Shown piece by piece: positions 33,653-43,633 of a stretch of 64,000 nt of DNA. The notes beneath the pieces are model-generated. The model saw nothing but the letters and a program-made list of their open reading frames with translations. It did not search any database and was not told the origin of the DNA. The stretch spans positions 22,833-86,832 of IMG/VR virus record IMGVR_UViG_3300017963_000024; one strand, written 5' to 3'. Positions within the stretch are counted from its first letter, which is position 1. Each line of letters begins with the position of its first letter. The position numbers and the translations under genes are program-made. This DNA comes from a virus.

Positions 33653-36093
33653 GTGAAGTAGCCTTTGATCCGCTTTCGGTAATCGACGACAGCACTCCTT
33701 GTGCTTTTAGTCGGTTTCCTCAGACGGACGACGAACTTTGGGAGTTCGTGGCAACGGTTTGGGGCGTTGAGATCCCAAGGAAAAAGATTTGCCCCCAGCA
33801 CTGTGCTCCGTTCGATGCTTTTGCCGATGCCTTCTTCTGTAAAGCGGAAAACGCGATCTGGCTCGCAAGCCGTGGGTTGGGTGGCAAGAGTTTCCTTCTT
33901 GCTACGCTGGGCCTCACTGAAGCAGTTTGTCTTGGGGCGACGGCAACGGTCCTTGGTGGATCAGGCGCACAATCACAAAACGTTCACAGGTATATGCAAG
34001 ATATGTGGAGTTACCCTGCCGCGCCACGTCAATTGCTTGCGGAGGACCCCACGAAAATGAGGACCGTTCTTAAGAACGGTGCCTATGTTCAAGCTTTGCT
34101 GGCTTCATCCACCAGTGTTCGTGGCCCTCACCCTGTAAGGCTTCGGTGCGACGAGTGCCTCACTGGAGATTCACTCGTTCTAATGGCTGATGGTTCTAAG
34201 AAACGTTTGGACAGGGTAGAACCCTCAGACAAGGTGGTTACTTTCTATAGGGGTTGTTTATGTGAGGGTGTTGTGTTAGCCTCTGAGTATAAGGGTGTCA
34301 GAGAGACACTAAAGCTTAGAACGGAGGCTGGTAATGAAATCGTCTGCACAAAAGAACATCCGGTCCTCGGAGAAAGTGGTTGGCGAGAAGCGTCTACCTT
34401 TGCAGCGGGGGATTACATCTGGCTATCCGATAACTCTGCCGACGTACTCCCACCGGGACGTGAAGAAGTGTCTCGACTGTGGGAAAGCTTTGAAGCACAA
34501 GATGGCTCGGCTGGTGACGGGGTACTGCAAAGAGTGTCTAACGGAGAAGGTCAAGAAACCGAAGTTCTGCGAAGAATGCGGGACTCAGGTTGGAAGCCAA
34601 TCGAAGCTTTGTCGGCCCTGTTGCTTCAAACGAAGGAAGAAGTCAAAAGCTTTTTGCAAGGATTGTGGAACCGAATTGCGTTTAGCTTCTACGAAGCGTT
34701 GTCGCCCCTGCCACCTCAAGTTCATGTCCTCGGAACGCATGGTTTCGAGGATGTCGGCTTCCAGAGCTACGGCTATGAAAAACAGGGAGGAGAGATCGAG
34801 AGCCGAAACACAGGCGGCGGAGCTTCTTCGACTGTTCAAGATAAACTTTCGAGAGCAAGTTCCAGCCTCCCGTTATATTCTGGACTTCGTTCTGGACGAC
34901 TACAAGGTTGTGATCGAGGTACACGGGGCGTATTGGCACGACAGGCCCGCTGCGAAGAAAAGGGATCAAGCAAAAAAGAAAGCTTTGGAGAAGAGGGGTT
35001 GGCAGGTTCTTTTCTGGCGAACCGAAAAGCTCCACCTGTGGTGGCTCGATCTCGTGTCGCCTCCATTCAACAAGCTGGGAGAAGTGGAGTCTATGATATA
35101 AGAGTTTCTCCTGGCAAGAGCTTCGTCGCTAACGGTATCATTGTTCATAACTGTGACGAGATGAAGCTCGACATTCTCGATGCGGCTCTAGGCCAGCCGA
35201 TGTCGAAGGACGGAATTCCCGCTCAAACAGTAATGTCCTCGACGCACCACTATCCTGACGGTACGGTCACAGAGCTTCTGAATCGAGCCAAAGAACGTGG
35301 GATGCCCGTCTATAACTGGTGCTACCGGGAAAGTATGGCCGGGGGCTGGCTTTCCCCTGCCGATGTGGAAGCCGCCCGTGCTCGTGTTCCACTGGCAATG
35401 TGGGATGTTGAGTTTGAGCTTCAGGAGCCGAGTCCTGAAGGACGCGCCATCCAGCCACAAGCTGTAGAGTGGACTTTCGATCAAAGCTTGGGATACTTTG
35501 AAGGCCAAGCGAATGAAAAGATCGTGCTTGAACCCCCACAGGAGGGGGCTAAGTACGTGACCGGGGCAGATTGGGCGAAGGAGAGTGACTGGACAGTCAT
35601 CATTACGTTCCGAATTGACGTTACTCCTTGGAAGCTTGTCATGTTCGAGCGGCTTGGCCGACGCCCTTGGCCGGAAATGGTTGAAAAATTCAATGACAGG
35701 CTTACTCGCTACCGAGGTGTCGGCGTCCACGATGCAACAGGGCTGGGAAATGTTGTGGATGACTTCGTGACCAACAGAGCCGCCAGAGGGGAAGTTTTGG
35801 TGGGAAAGAATAGGGCTGAAATTTTCTCTGAATACGTTGCAGCACTGGAAAACCGTGAAGTGGTTGCACCGAGAATTGACTTCATGTATGCAGAGCACAA
35901 GTATTGCACGGTGGATGATTTGTGGGGGAGTGGGCACCCGCCTGATTCCTTTGTTGCTGGTGCGCTGGCATGGCGAGGCAAACGTTTCAGCCAGTCTACG
36001 GGAACCGTAAGGTCCATTGTGTCCCACCCGAAGTGGAAAGAGCGGTCGGACGAGAGGATCGCACGTCGGCTTGAACCTTGGAAGTTCGACTAG
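33649..36093 (+). CDS. terL: terminase large subunit containing an intein
   Basis: ASRGLGGKS Walker A; RG.H...LRCDE(CDEM) Walker B; C-terminal RNase H-like GADWA, DATGLG, DSFVA. Confidence 0.92.
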   Translation: MSEVAFDPLSVIDDSTPCAFSRFPQTDDELWEFVATVWGVEIPRKKICPQHCAPFDAFADAFFCKAENAIWLASRGLGGKSFLLATLGLTEAVCLGATATVLGGSGAQSQNVHRYMQDMWSYPAAPRQLLAEDPTKMRTVLKNGAYVQALLASSTSVRGPHPVRLRCDECLTGDSLVLMADGSKKRLDRVEPSDKVVTFYRGCLCEGVVLASEYKGVRETLKLRTEAGNEIVCTKEHPVLGESGWREASTFAAGDYIWLSDNSADVLPPGREEVSRLWESFEAQDGSAGDGVLQRVSNGEGQETEVLRRMRDSGWKPIEALSALLLQTKEEVKSFLQGLWNRIAFSFYEALSPLPPQVHVLGTHGFEDVGFQSYGYEKQGGEIESRNTGGGASSTVQDKLSRASSSLPLYSGLRSGRLQGCDRGTRGVLARQARCEEKGSSKKESFGEEGLAGSFLANRKAPPVVARSRVASIQQAGRSGVYDIRVSPGKSFVANGIIVHNCDEMKLDILDAALGQPMSKDGIPAQTVMSSTHHYPDGTVTELLNRAKERGMPVYNWCYRESMAGGWLSPADVEAARARVPLAMWDVEFELQEPSPEGRAIQPQAVEWTFDQSLGYFEGQANEKIVLEPPQEGAKYVTGADWAKESDWTVIITFRIDVTPWKLVMFERLGRRPWPEMVEKFNDRLTRYRGVGVHDATGLGNVVDDFVTNRAARGEVLVGKNRAEIFSEYVAALENREVVAPRIDFMYAEHKYCTVDDLWGSGHPPDSFVAGALAWRGKRFSQSTGTVRSIVSHPKWKERSDERIARRLEPWKFD
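34156..35151 (+). mobile_element. intein (332 aa, TerL residues 170-501) inserted in the Walker B region
   Basis: N-terminal CLTGDSLVLMADG, block B CTKEHPV, block F VYDIRV, C-terminal IIVHN followed by extein Cys. Confidence 0.93.
34334..35101 (+). CDS. Zn-finger repeat plus DUF559/Vsr-like endonuclease nested in the +1 frame of the intein
   Basis: GGAGG at 34323-34327 before ATG; six CxxC pairs; FREQ...YILDF...VIEVHGAYWH...RD..K...L...GW.VL. Confidence 0.85.
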   Translation: MKSSAQKNIRSSEKVVGEKRLPLQRGITSGYPITLPTYSHRDVKKCLDCGKALKHKMARLVTGYCKECLTEKVKKPKFCEECGTQVGSQSKLCRPCCFKRRKKSKAFCKDCGTELRLASTKRCRPCHLKFMSSERMVSRMSASRATAMKNREERSRAETQAAELLRLFKINFREQVPASRYILDFVLDDYKVVIEVHGAYWHDRPAAKKRDQAKKKALEKRGWQVLFWRTEKLHLWWLDLVSPPFNKLGEVESMI

Positions 36094-36101
36094 GAGTGGT
36101 C

Positions 36102-37667
36102 ATGTCCCGAAGCAAAAAGCGAATAATGAAGACCGGGGGAGCCGTTCAGGTTTCCAAATCAACGGTCGTCAAAGAAGATCAAGAACCACTCCTGCCGACG
36201 ATGTTCGTGAGGGTCATTAAGGCGGCAAAGCCAGTGACTTCTACTCCTCCAAGTCAGCAGATTACAAACGATGACTTCAGTTCGTACTACGAAGGCGAGG
36301 TTGTCGTCCAACCTTATGTAGACCCTTCTGCGCTTCTAAACCTCGCTCAAGAGAATCCTGTTCATTGTGCTTGCATCACTGCTGTTGCGGCTGATGCTAC
36401 TGGCCGGGGTTGGAAATTGGAGTGGTCTGGTCAGCCTGATCTTAGGATCGAGCAGAAGGATGTGAAGCAAGCACAGCAAGAACTTTGGCAAAAGCTTGAA
36501 GACATTACACCAAATCTCACGTTTTCCGAACTCCTTCGTCAGGCAGTTTGGGAGCTTCGGGCAATTGGGTGGGCCGCTTGGGAGGTCGCTCGTGACAGCA
36601 GTGGCGAAATTGGTGCTCTCTACCCAATTCCCGCCCACACCGTTCGAGTTTTGAAGGACAAGACTGGTTACATCCAGATTCGAGGTGGCAAAGCTCGATA
36701 TTTCCGAAACTTTGGTCAGGAGGGCGCGCTTCCAGAAGGTGTGGAGTTCGTGAATGTGGATACAGGCGATGCTTCCCGAGCCAATGAACTTCTTTTCTTC
36801 CAATCTTACCATCCACGAACTCCTTTCTATGGACTTCCCGATTGGGTTTCCGCCGTTTCGTCGATGGCTGAGATGACTCAGATTCGAGAGTTCAATATGT
36901 CGTTCTTCTCAAGTGGAGGGATGGCAGACAGAATCATCACTGTAAAAGCCGATAACGAGGCAGTTGCCGATGCGCTTGGTAAAAAGATCGAGGAGCAAGT
37001 CCAAGCTGCTAAAGGTCTAGCTCACGTTTCCATAGTAATCAGTGGAACGACTGATGTTGAAGTTCGTGTGGAATCAATGAGCCGAACCGAGGGCGATAGG
37101 GATGGTCAGTTCAGAACTCGGCGGGATGACCTCGTAAAAGAAATTCTCATGGCCCACAGTGTTCCTCCATACAGAATCGGCTTTGCCGAGCTAGGAACTC
37201 TTGGAGGATCAGCAGCCCGTGAAATGCTTCGAGCCTACCGCTTTGGGGCAATCGAGCCTGTCCAGACAATCATCGAAGACCGACTAACTCAAACTTTGTT
37301 CGGTCAACAAGGCTTGCAGATTCCATCAAGCATGAGATGGGTTCTGCAAGACGTTGATTTTGAGTTGGTTGATTTGAATCTTCTCATCGCTACCCGAGGA
37401 GTTCAAAATGGTTTTGCCACTCCCTCACAAGCTGGACAGTTGATGGGATTCGAGCCAACTGACGATCCAGCGGCAAACCGTCTCTATATGGATGGTGTTC
37501 CTATCACTGGAGATGTTCGTGAAGGCCAACCATCTGGATTATCTACAGAGCAACCAAGCGGATTGCCAGAAGGAATGGCTCCGACCGCCCCGACACCGAT
37601 GGAGACTCCAGCACCACAGAGCGGGGGCAATGGTCGAGGAGGAACGATTGAGGTTGCTTCCGCGTGA
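36102..37667 (+). CDS. portal protein (PBSX-like)
   Basis: HCACI, GWAAWEV.R, FYGLPDW, HSVPP; follows TerL. Confidence 0.88.
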   Translation: MSRSKKRIMKTGGAVQVSKSTVVKEDQEPLLPTMFVRVIKAAKPVTSTPPSQQITNDDFSSYYEGEVVVQPYVDPSALLNLAQENPVHCACITAVAADATGRGWKLEWSGQPDLRIEQKDVKQAQQELWQKLEDITPNLTFSELLRQAVWELRAIGWAAWEVARDSSGEIGALYPIPAHTVRVLKDKTGYIQIRGGKARYFRNFGQEGALPEGVEFVNVDTGDASRANELLFFQSYHPRTPFYGLPDWVSAVSSMAEMTQIREFNMSFFSSGGMADRIITVKADNEAVADALGKKIEEQVQAAKGLAHVSIVISGTTDVEVRVESMSRTEGDRDGQFRTRRDDLVKEILMAHSVPPYRIGFAELGTLGGSAAREMLRAYRFGAIEPVQTIIEDRLTQTLFGQQGLQIPSSMRWVLQDVDFELVDLNLLIATRGVQNGFATPSQAGQLMGFEPTDDPAANRLYMDGVPITGDVREGQPSGLSTEQPSGLPEGMAPTAPTPMETPAPQSGGNGRGGTIEVASA

Positions 37668-37678
37668 GAGGTGAGATC

Positions 37679-39622
37679 ATGGCAGCAATGAAAACGGAAA
37701 GGGGCATGAAGTTCCCCTCCAAAGCCTACGCATACGTTCCAGATGCGTCCAAACCTTCAACATGGAAACTTCGTCTCTGGTCAACCCCGACCAGTGGAGT
37801 GACGGCCCAACAGGTAGGAGCCGCAATCGCAGCAGTGGGTCCCAAAGGCTTCCGTGGGAAACGAGTTCAGATTCCGAGTTCCGCGATGGGTTCCGTGAAG
37901 CAAAAGATCAGGGGGGCTTTCAAAAAGTTGCACCCCGGTCGAATGCTCCCGGCAGCCCTCAAGAAAAGCTTTGAGGCCATCGAAAAAGCCGTTGAGCGGC
38001 TGGAGAAATCGGACAACGTCCTGAAAGCTTGTGGGGCCTGTATGTTTCCGACTCTCCCCGATGATCCTCTCTGCCAGTGGTGCGGAAGTCCTCTCGCAGA
38101 AACAGCCGAGGAGCTTATGAAAGAAGAAGTAAAGAAGGTCACTGGAGGAATCGAAGAGACGGATCGCAGCTACCGCGTTCGTGTGACGGCCCCGAAGGGC
38201 TTTCTCAAAGGAACCATGCGTCACAAGGAAATGACAGGTGGTGTTACAGGCTTGTTCGGAAAAAAGTCAGCTTCCGGCAAAATGATTCTGCGGACTCTAA
38301 TCTTCGACAAGTCGGCGTTCAAGGACACCAGAGCTGTCCGGGCGTGGATGACCCGCAACAAGGTCAAGAAAACCGAGGATGGGTACGAGCAGCCGACCTT
38401 CCCTCTCTGGCTGGAAGACGACAAGGAGTTCGTTCTTGTAAAAGCTTTGATCGACTCCGATCAGGTTGCCGAGTACAGCTATATGCAGATCAACCGAAAG
38501 GATGGGGTCCGAATCTCGCTGGAGCACAACGGAACCGAGTGGTATGTCTCCAGCCTTGGATTCAGCCGTGATCCCTACCCAACGATGGAGCAAGCCGAAG
38601 CGTGGATCAACGAGACGCGCTCGACGGTAGAAGCCTCGAAGAACAAGTGGTCGGAGGGTGCCGTTCTTCCTCTGGATGGTGGCCCACAAAAATTTGTCAT
38701 TCACGCTTCATTTGATGGCTTGTCGCAGAAGGAATCCACAGAATCCTTCCCGATTCTCAAGGAGAAGTTTCAGCCTGTGTTTGATGTACGATTCGGAACC
38801 TCACGGGATCGCAGTGGGTTCTTCGGCTGGCGCACAGACACAGATCTCTCCAAAGCTTGCCCGATCCTGAAACGGGCACCGGGTCCCGCGTTCTGGCTAG
38901 ACACCGACAACGTGGCCCCTAAAGTCATCAAGACAGCCGGAGCCTACCCTCCCGTCTCGACATATCGTGAGACATTCGTGATGGACTATGGAGAGTGGCG
39001 GCTGCGGCACGCAACTCCCACCAATCTTTCGATTTCCATCGAAAGTGCTCTCAAGAAGTTTTCCGGTGACGTTGAATTGGTCTATGACGAAGACATTGGC
39101 TGGTTGTGGTTGCCCGCTGCCAAAGCTTCTGACCCCGGTGATCGAATTACTTGGGCCAAGAAGGAACTGGAGTGGGTGATCGTTCCAGATGGTGCCACAC
39201 ACACGAAGATTGACGTGGATGCCTCCGCGACAAAGCTTCGTCAGTACAACGTTATCAAGTCCACCGGGGAACGTCGATTCACTCTCGGAGTAGCTTATCC
39301 GGTTGCTGAACTCGATGCTCACAAGGACTACATGACCAAGGAGCGACTGGAAGAAGCTGCTTGGCTCTACATGGCGAAGTGTCAGGACATCGGCTTGTAC
39401 CACAAGGATGGAACAAGTGGTTCCGGTCAAGTGGTGGAGTCCTACATCTATCGGGGTCCTGATTGGGAAGTTGGAGATCAGATCATCAAGTCTGGTGACT
39501 GGCTTCTCGGTGTGCTCTGGAGCGAGGAAGCTTGGGAAGTTGTGAAAAGTGGAAAAGTGAAGGGTTACAGCTTCCAAGGGCTTGCCAAGAGGGTAATTCG
39601 AGAACTCAAGAATGCCGCCTAA
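37679..39622 (+). CDS. multidomain protein with C-terminal XkdF-like prohead protease
   Basis: C-terminal GVAYP...DAHKD...LYH...VVESYI...GDWLLG...W..VK.G...GYSFQG. Confidence 0.8.
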   Translation: MAAMKTERGMKFPSKAYAYVPDASKPSTWKLRLWSTPTSGVTAQQVGAAIAAVGPKGFRGKRVQIPSSAMGSVKQKIRGAFKKLHPGRMLPAALKKSFEAIEKAVERLEKSDNVLKACGACMFPTLPDDPLCQWCGSPLAETAEELMKEEVKKVTGGIEETDRSYRVRVTAPKGFLKGTMRHKEMTGGVTGLFGKKSASGKMILRTLIFDKSAFKDTRAVRAWMTRNKVKKTEDGYEQPTFPLWLEDDKEFVLVKALIDSDQVAEYSYMQINRKDGVRISLEHNGTEWYVSSLGFSRDPYPTMEQAEAWINETRSTVEASKNKWSEGAVLPLDGGPQKFVIHASFDGLSQKESTESFPILKEKFQPVFDVRFGTSRDRSGFFGWRTDTDLSKACPILKRAPGPAFWLDTDNVAPKVIKTAGAYPPVSTYRETFVMDYGEWRLRHATPTNLSISIESALKKFSGDVELVYDEDIGWLWLPAAKASDPGDRITWAKKELEWVIVPDGATHTKIDVDASATKLRQYNVIKSTGERRFTLGVAYPVAELDAHKDYMTKERLEEAAWLYMAKCQDIGLYHKDGTSGSGQVVESYIYRGPDWEVGDQIIKSGDWLLGVLWSEEAWEVVKSGKVKGYSFQGLAKRVIRELKNAA

Positions 39623-39962
39623 GATGGCTGAAGAAATTACAGAGAGTGCTGCCCTCAGTAAGTTGAGGGAGGTCAAAGACATCAACCGTCTGTTTGTTGA
39701 CGTGCGCTGCCGCAAGTGCCGCAAGCTTTTCTTCAAATGGTTACCCGTGCAGCAGATCATGTTTGAGGTCAAGTGCAGTCGGTGTGGGCACATCGAAACT
39801 CGGAATATGTGCGGCATATTGACGCCGGACTTTTTTCCAGAAAGGGGTTGCAAAAAACAAAACAGCGGATTAAAAGTTGGGACCGATGAGGAAGAAACTG
39901 AAGTGTCTGAGCACCCTTCAAGAGTGCCATCGAATGAAGCCATTCAAACTTTTGGAGGGTGA
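39612..39962 (+). CDS. Mu Com-like zinc-ribbon protein
   Basis: VRCRKCRKLFFK...EVKCSRCG. Confidence 0.65.
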   Translation: MPPKMAEEITESAALSKLREVKDINRLFVDVRCRKCRKLFFKWLPVQQIMFEVKCSRCGHIETRNMCGILTPDFFPERGCKKQNSGLKVGTDEEETEVSEHPSRVPSNEAIQTFGG

Positions 39963-39965
39963 ACC

Positions 39966-40568
39966 ATGAGTCTGTTCAGCTTTACCGTTGCAGACAAGCC
40001 GGAGACGGAACTCGAAAAGCTCCAAGTCGCCCGCGTGGATGCTGTCGAGGACCCGGCAACAGGCCGATCTTTCATCATTACGAAATCGGAAGACACGGCT
40101 GAACTGCGGGCGAATATCGAGAAGCTTGCGAAGAAGACCGACGAGGTACTTCGCAAGATTCACAAGTCGAGTCCAAAGCTTTCGGACGAGGCAGTTGTGA
40201 CTTCTCTCAACGAACTTTCAACGCTACTCGGTACGGAGAAAGACGTGAAGTTCGAGTACGCGAAGAAGGAAGAGGGTGATAAGCCCTCCGATGCTCCGGC
40301 AACGGAGGCCACGAAACCCGAAGACGACAAGGACAAGGTGGAGACACCGGAAACTCCGGCAACAGAAGCCGCCAAGTCCGCTCCCACTGTGGAGGAGATC
40401 GCCGATGCCGTCATCAAGAAGCTCGAAACAAAGCTTCAGAAGGACGACGGCAAGGAGAAGAGCAAGCCAGCTTCCCAGCAAGTTCAGGCGGGCGACGATG
40501 TGAAGAAGTCGAAGAAGCCCGATTTGGGAGAGGGCCTGTTCGAGAGTGTCGTCTTCTCGCAAGAGTAG
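39966..40568 (+). CDS. putative capsid scaffolding protein
   Basis: Acidic/Lys-rich helical protein immediately upstream of the major capsid gene. Confidence 0.55.
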   Translation: MSLFSFTVADKPETELEKLQVARVDAVEDPATGRSFIITKSEDTAELRANIEKLAKKTDEVLRKIHKSSPKLSDEAVVTSLNELSTLLGTEKDVKFEYAKKEEGDKPSDAPATEATKPEDDKDKVETPETPATEAAKSAPTVEEIADAVIKKLETKLQKDDGKEKSKPASQQVQAGDDVKKSKKPDLGEGLFESVVFSQE

Positions 40569-40608
40569 ACGGACAACCTCAAATCTTTTCTGAGTGAGGA
40601 GAAGAAAC

Positions 40609-41628
40609 ATGAATCTTTCACAGTGGTTGGAGAAGGCAACTTTTACGACCGACGACATCGACCCCTCGATCACCGCAGGAGCAGGTGGGCTTCTCTCTCC
40701 GCGTCAGACGCAGCAGTTCCTTCGCATCGCAATCGAAGCACAGGTAATTGCGCGTGAGGCCCGGATCGAGACTTCCCCCTCTCCGAAGTTCGAGGTTCCC
40801 CGGCTGGCAATGGCCGACCGCATCATGCGGGCTGGTGTCGAAGGTGCTCGCGTAGTGGATGGTGACAGGGTTAAGCCCCGTACCGGACTGATGGAGTTGT
40901 CCACGGTCCTCCTGAAGGGCGAAATGCCCGTCACTGACGAACTGTTCGAGGATCAGATCGAACGGGGTGCCATCGCAGACACTCTGATGATGATGCTCGC
41001 ACAGGGAGTCGGTCGAGACATCGAAGAACTCGCCATCAAGGGTGACACCGACAGAACGGCAGCCGATGACGGTCTGCTCGGAACCAGCGAGCGGGAATTC
41101 ATGGCGTCGATGGACGGTATCGTCAAGCACGCGCAGGACGACTTCGATGCTGGTGTTCTGGTGGACGCGAGCACGATCACGAGCTACGAAGACCTCTTCG
41201 CAGCAATGATCGAAGCTTTGCCTCCGCGTTATCGCCGGAACTACGGCCAGCTTCGGTTCTACGTTCCTGTGGTAGTGGCTGACGGCTACCAGAAGTCCCT
41301 GTCGGCACGCGGAACAAACCTTGGAGATCAGGCGATCATCGACAATCTCCAGACCCGTCTCGGGTACAGGGGAATTCCGGTTGTCTCCGTTCCTCTGCTG
41401 GACGGGGAGAGTTCGATCAACGGGACGGCAATCGACTACTCGAAGTTCTGCTTCTTGACGCCTCCGACGAACATCATTTTTGGCTACCATCGTCGGGTCA
41501 GGGTCGAAAGGTGGCGTGATCCGCGTGCGGGTCTGACCAGCTACTTGCCGACTGTCCGGTTCGACGTGAATTGGGTCAACCCGGAGAGTCAGTCGGTCAT
41601 GGCATCGAATGTGGACATCACCGTCTAG
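40609..41628 (+). CDS. major capsid protein (HK97 fold, XkdG-like)
   Basis: GGLLSP.Q..F, E..EDQIE, DIEELAI.GD, LPPRY, YRGIPV; followed by a hairpin. Confidence 0.88.
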   Translation: MNLSQWLEKATFTTDDIDPSITAGAGGLLSPRQTQQFLRIAIEAQVIAREARIETSPSPKFEVPRLAMADRIMRAGVEGARVVDGDRVKPRTGLMELSTVLLKGEMPVTDELFEDQIERGAIADTLMMMLAQGVGRDIEELAIKGDTDRTAADDGLLGTSEREFMASMDGIVKHAQDDFDAGVLVDASTITSYEDLFAAMIEALPPRYRRNYGQLRFYVPVVVADGYQKSLSARGTNLGDQAIIDNLQTRLGYRGIPVVSVPLLDGESSINGTAIDYSKFCFLTPPTNIIFGYHRRVRVERWRDPRAGLTSYLPTVRFDVNWVNPESQSVMASNVDITV

Positions 41629-41692
41629 CTTTGAGTAGGCCCCCGGTTCCGCTGGGGGCCTCCTCAAACCAAAAGTTTGGAGGAGAAAAGAA

Positions 41693-42592
41693 ATGAGAGA
41701 TCCAAACAGAGGGAAGCTGGTCGGGTTCGGTGAAAGCTCCCCGTTTGGCCTCGGCAGCATTCCGTTTGCTGTCCTCAGTCAGACGGGCGATGGAGTCACG
41801 GGTGAGCAACTCGTTTTTGGTGATACGGTTGATGCTGAAGTCTACGAACTCAGTGTCGTCGCCACCGATACGACTGTGAACACGGCAGACGACGAACTGA
41901 ACAACACCAACGGCTTTGCCGTGGTGACGATCACCGCACATGGGTTGTCTGTGGGTGATCTGATTCGTGTCGAAGACGAGATTATGAAGATCATCGAAGT
42001 CATCGACGTGAATACAGTTCGTGTCTCTCGTGAGCACAGTGGAACGACGATTGCTGCTCATGCCGATGGTGAGGACATCCTCAAAGCTGCGGCGGCTGCA
42101 ACTGCCGGGGCGAAAGAGGTGGGCCTCGGGGCTGACGTTACCAATGCGTCAGTTACGACTGCTCTGGCTGCGGTTATCGACGCTGAAACCAACATCGGGT
42201 TGAATGCCGAGAAAATCGCAGATGACGAGTTGCTCGTGGCTCTTTCGGCTGGTGCTCAGAATGCTTTGGCGGTGTCCACGGACTTTTCCAACGGTACGTG
42301 GCTCACTGGAGCAAACATGGTTGCCGGGGTCAACCCGAACGATTCGGTTGGCCCGATGGTCGTTCAATCTCGTGTGCCTCTGGCAAACGAGGTTGCGGCA
42401 GCCAAGATGCACTTCGTTCTTCCCTTCGCTCCTGTCTACGTGGGCGTTCTCGTGACGGTCACGGCAACCGGGGTCCAGAAGGTGTGGGACGGACTCATCA
42501 CCATTGTTGGGAACAGAGTAACTCTCGACGATGGGGCGGCAACGGAGCCTTTCGCAGCTACCGACACGATCCGACTGGTCGCACTCCAGTAA
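41693..42592 (+). CDS. putative capsid decoration/accessory structural protein
   Basis: Beta-rich Ala/Val/Thr protein after the major capsid gene; followed by hairpin 42607-42630. Confidence 0.5.
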   Translation: MRDPNRGKLVGFGESSPFGLGSIPFAVLSQTGDGVTGEQLVFGDTVDAEVYELSVVATDTTVNTADDELNNTNGFAVVTITAHGLSVGDLIRVEDEIMKIIEVIDVNTVRVSREHSGTTIAAHADGEDILKAAAAATAGAKEVGLGADVTNASVTTALAAVIDAETNIGLNAEKIADDELLVALSAGAQNALAVSTDFSNGTWLTGANMVAGVNPNDSVGPMVVQSRVPLANEVAAAKMHFVLPFAPVYVGVLVTVTATGVQKVWDGLITIVGNRVTLDDGAATEPFAATDTIRLVALQ

Positions 42593-42653
42593 AGAAAGCT
42601 TGAGAGTGACCGGGGGAAAACCCCCGGTCATGTCTCAGGAAGGGCCGAGATGA

Positions 42654-43292
42654 ATGTCCACTCTCGTCACACTAGACCAAGCGAAGGAGCGGCTGGGCAT
42701 CGCCCCGGCTAACACGACTGAAGACGTTTCCATTCAACTAGCCCTTGATTCTGCCGAAGAGCATCTCGTTGAACTCTACGGCTACACCTTCACTGCTGGC
42801 GAGAAAACAGACATCCTACGCAACAAGAGACTTCAAGACCAAATCTTTCTAGCTTATCGGCCTGTAACCTCGATCACATCAGCCAAAGCCCGCTACCGGG
42901 GAGCCGATTCAGAGGTCTACGATCTTGAACCTGACCTCATCGACCCGGACGAAGGCATCATCGCCCTTTGGCCTGATCCAGAAGCTTTGTTCCCACCTAG
43001 CTACTGGTACAATTACTCTCCGTTCAACATCATCACACGATGGCGGTATCAAAATTGGCCTGTCGTCACCGTGGTCTACCAAGTCACGGCACTGGAAGAA
43101 GCAACTGCTCCTGTTTCCTTGAAGGACACTGTTCTCGATCTTGGAATTTACTGGCATCGTCGGGGAGGCGCGGCAGAGCATCTATCCTCGAACATTGGTG
43201 GAGTTCAGGAAACGTTTCTGGCAATGGGAGTTCCCCGTTGGGTGGCAGCACGAATACCACATAAACGAAGACAGTCTGTGCGGGTGGTGTAA
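42654..43292 (+). CDS. head-tail connector (gp6-like adaptor)
   Basis: LVTLDQAKERLGI...ED..I...LDSA; P..LK. Confidence 0.75.
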   Translation: MSTLVTLDQAKERLGIAPANTTEDVSIQLALDSAEEHLVELYGYTFTAGEKTDILRNKRLQDQIFLAYRPVTSITSAKARYRGADSEVYDLEPDLIDPDEGIIALWPDPEALFPPSYWYNYSPFNIITRWRYQNWPVVTVVYQVTALEEATAPVSLKDTVLDLGIYWHRRGGAAEHLSSNIGGVQETFLAMGVPRWVAARIPHKRRQSVRVV

Positions 43293-43633
43293 TGAGACGG
43301 GCTAGCTCCCAGCATCTTCTGAAGGAGCACGTCACCATCCTTCATCCTGTAATAACCACCGATGGGATGGGTGGGCACACAGAAAGCTTTGTTCCAGAAG
43401 CAACTATCAGGAGAGCACGATTCCAAGCTTTGAAAGGCGAAACAGAAGCTTTCTTCGCCGGGACGATAGAAGCCGATGGCATGACTCAGGTTTGGGTTGA
43501 GCCTTATCCCATTCCCGTAGAGAGTGATGATCGTGTTCTGGATGATGAGGATAAGCAGTGGGAAATCGTTAGCATAATGAACATCGAGGGTCTTCAACGC
43601 TTGACGTGTAAGGACATCGGAAGGGAGCCATGA
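43292..43633 (+). CDS. head closure protein (SPP1 gp16-like)
   Basis: VTI.....DGMGG....F; WEIVSI. Confidence 0.75.
   Translation: MRRASSQHLLKEHVTILHPVITTDGMGGHTESFVPEATIRRARFQALKGETEAFFAGTIEADGMTQVWVEPYPIPVESDDRVLDDEDKQWEIVSIMNIEGLQRLTCKDIGREP

Noticed and set aside
34141-35160. CDE duplication around the intein as a target-site duplication
   Set aside because: Splicing gives LRCDECDEM, matching the DExDEM-type Walker B region of terminases
40618-41760. 380-aa minus-strand ORF (and similar ones at 38897-39943 and 35188-36027)
   Set aside because: Antisense to the capsid, protease and terminase genes; explained by codon bias
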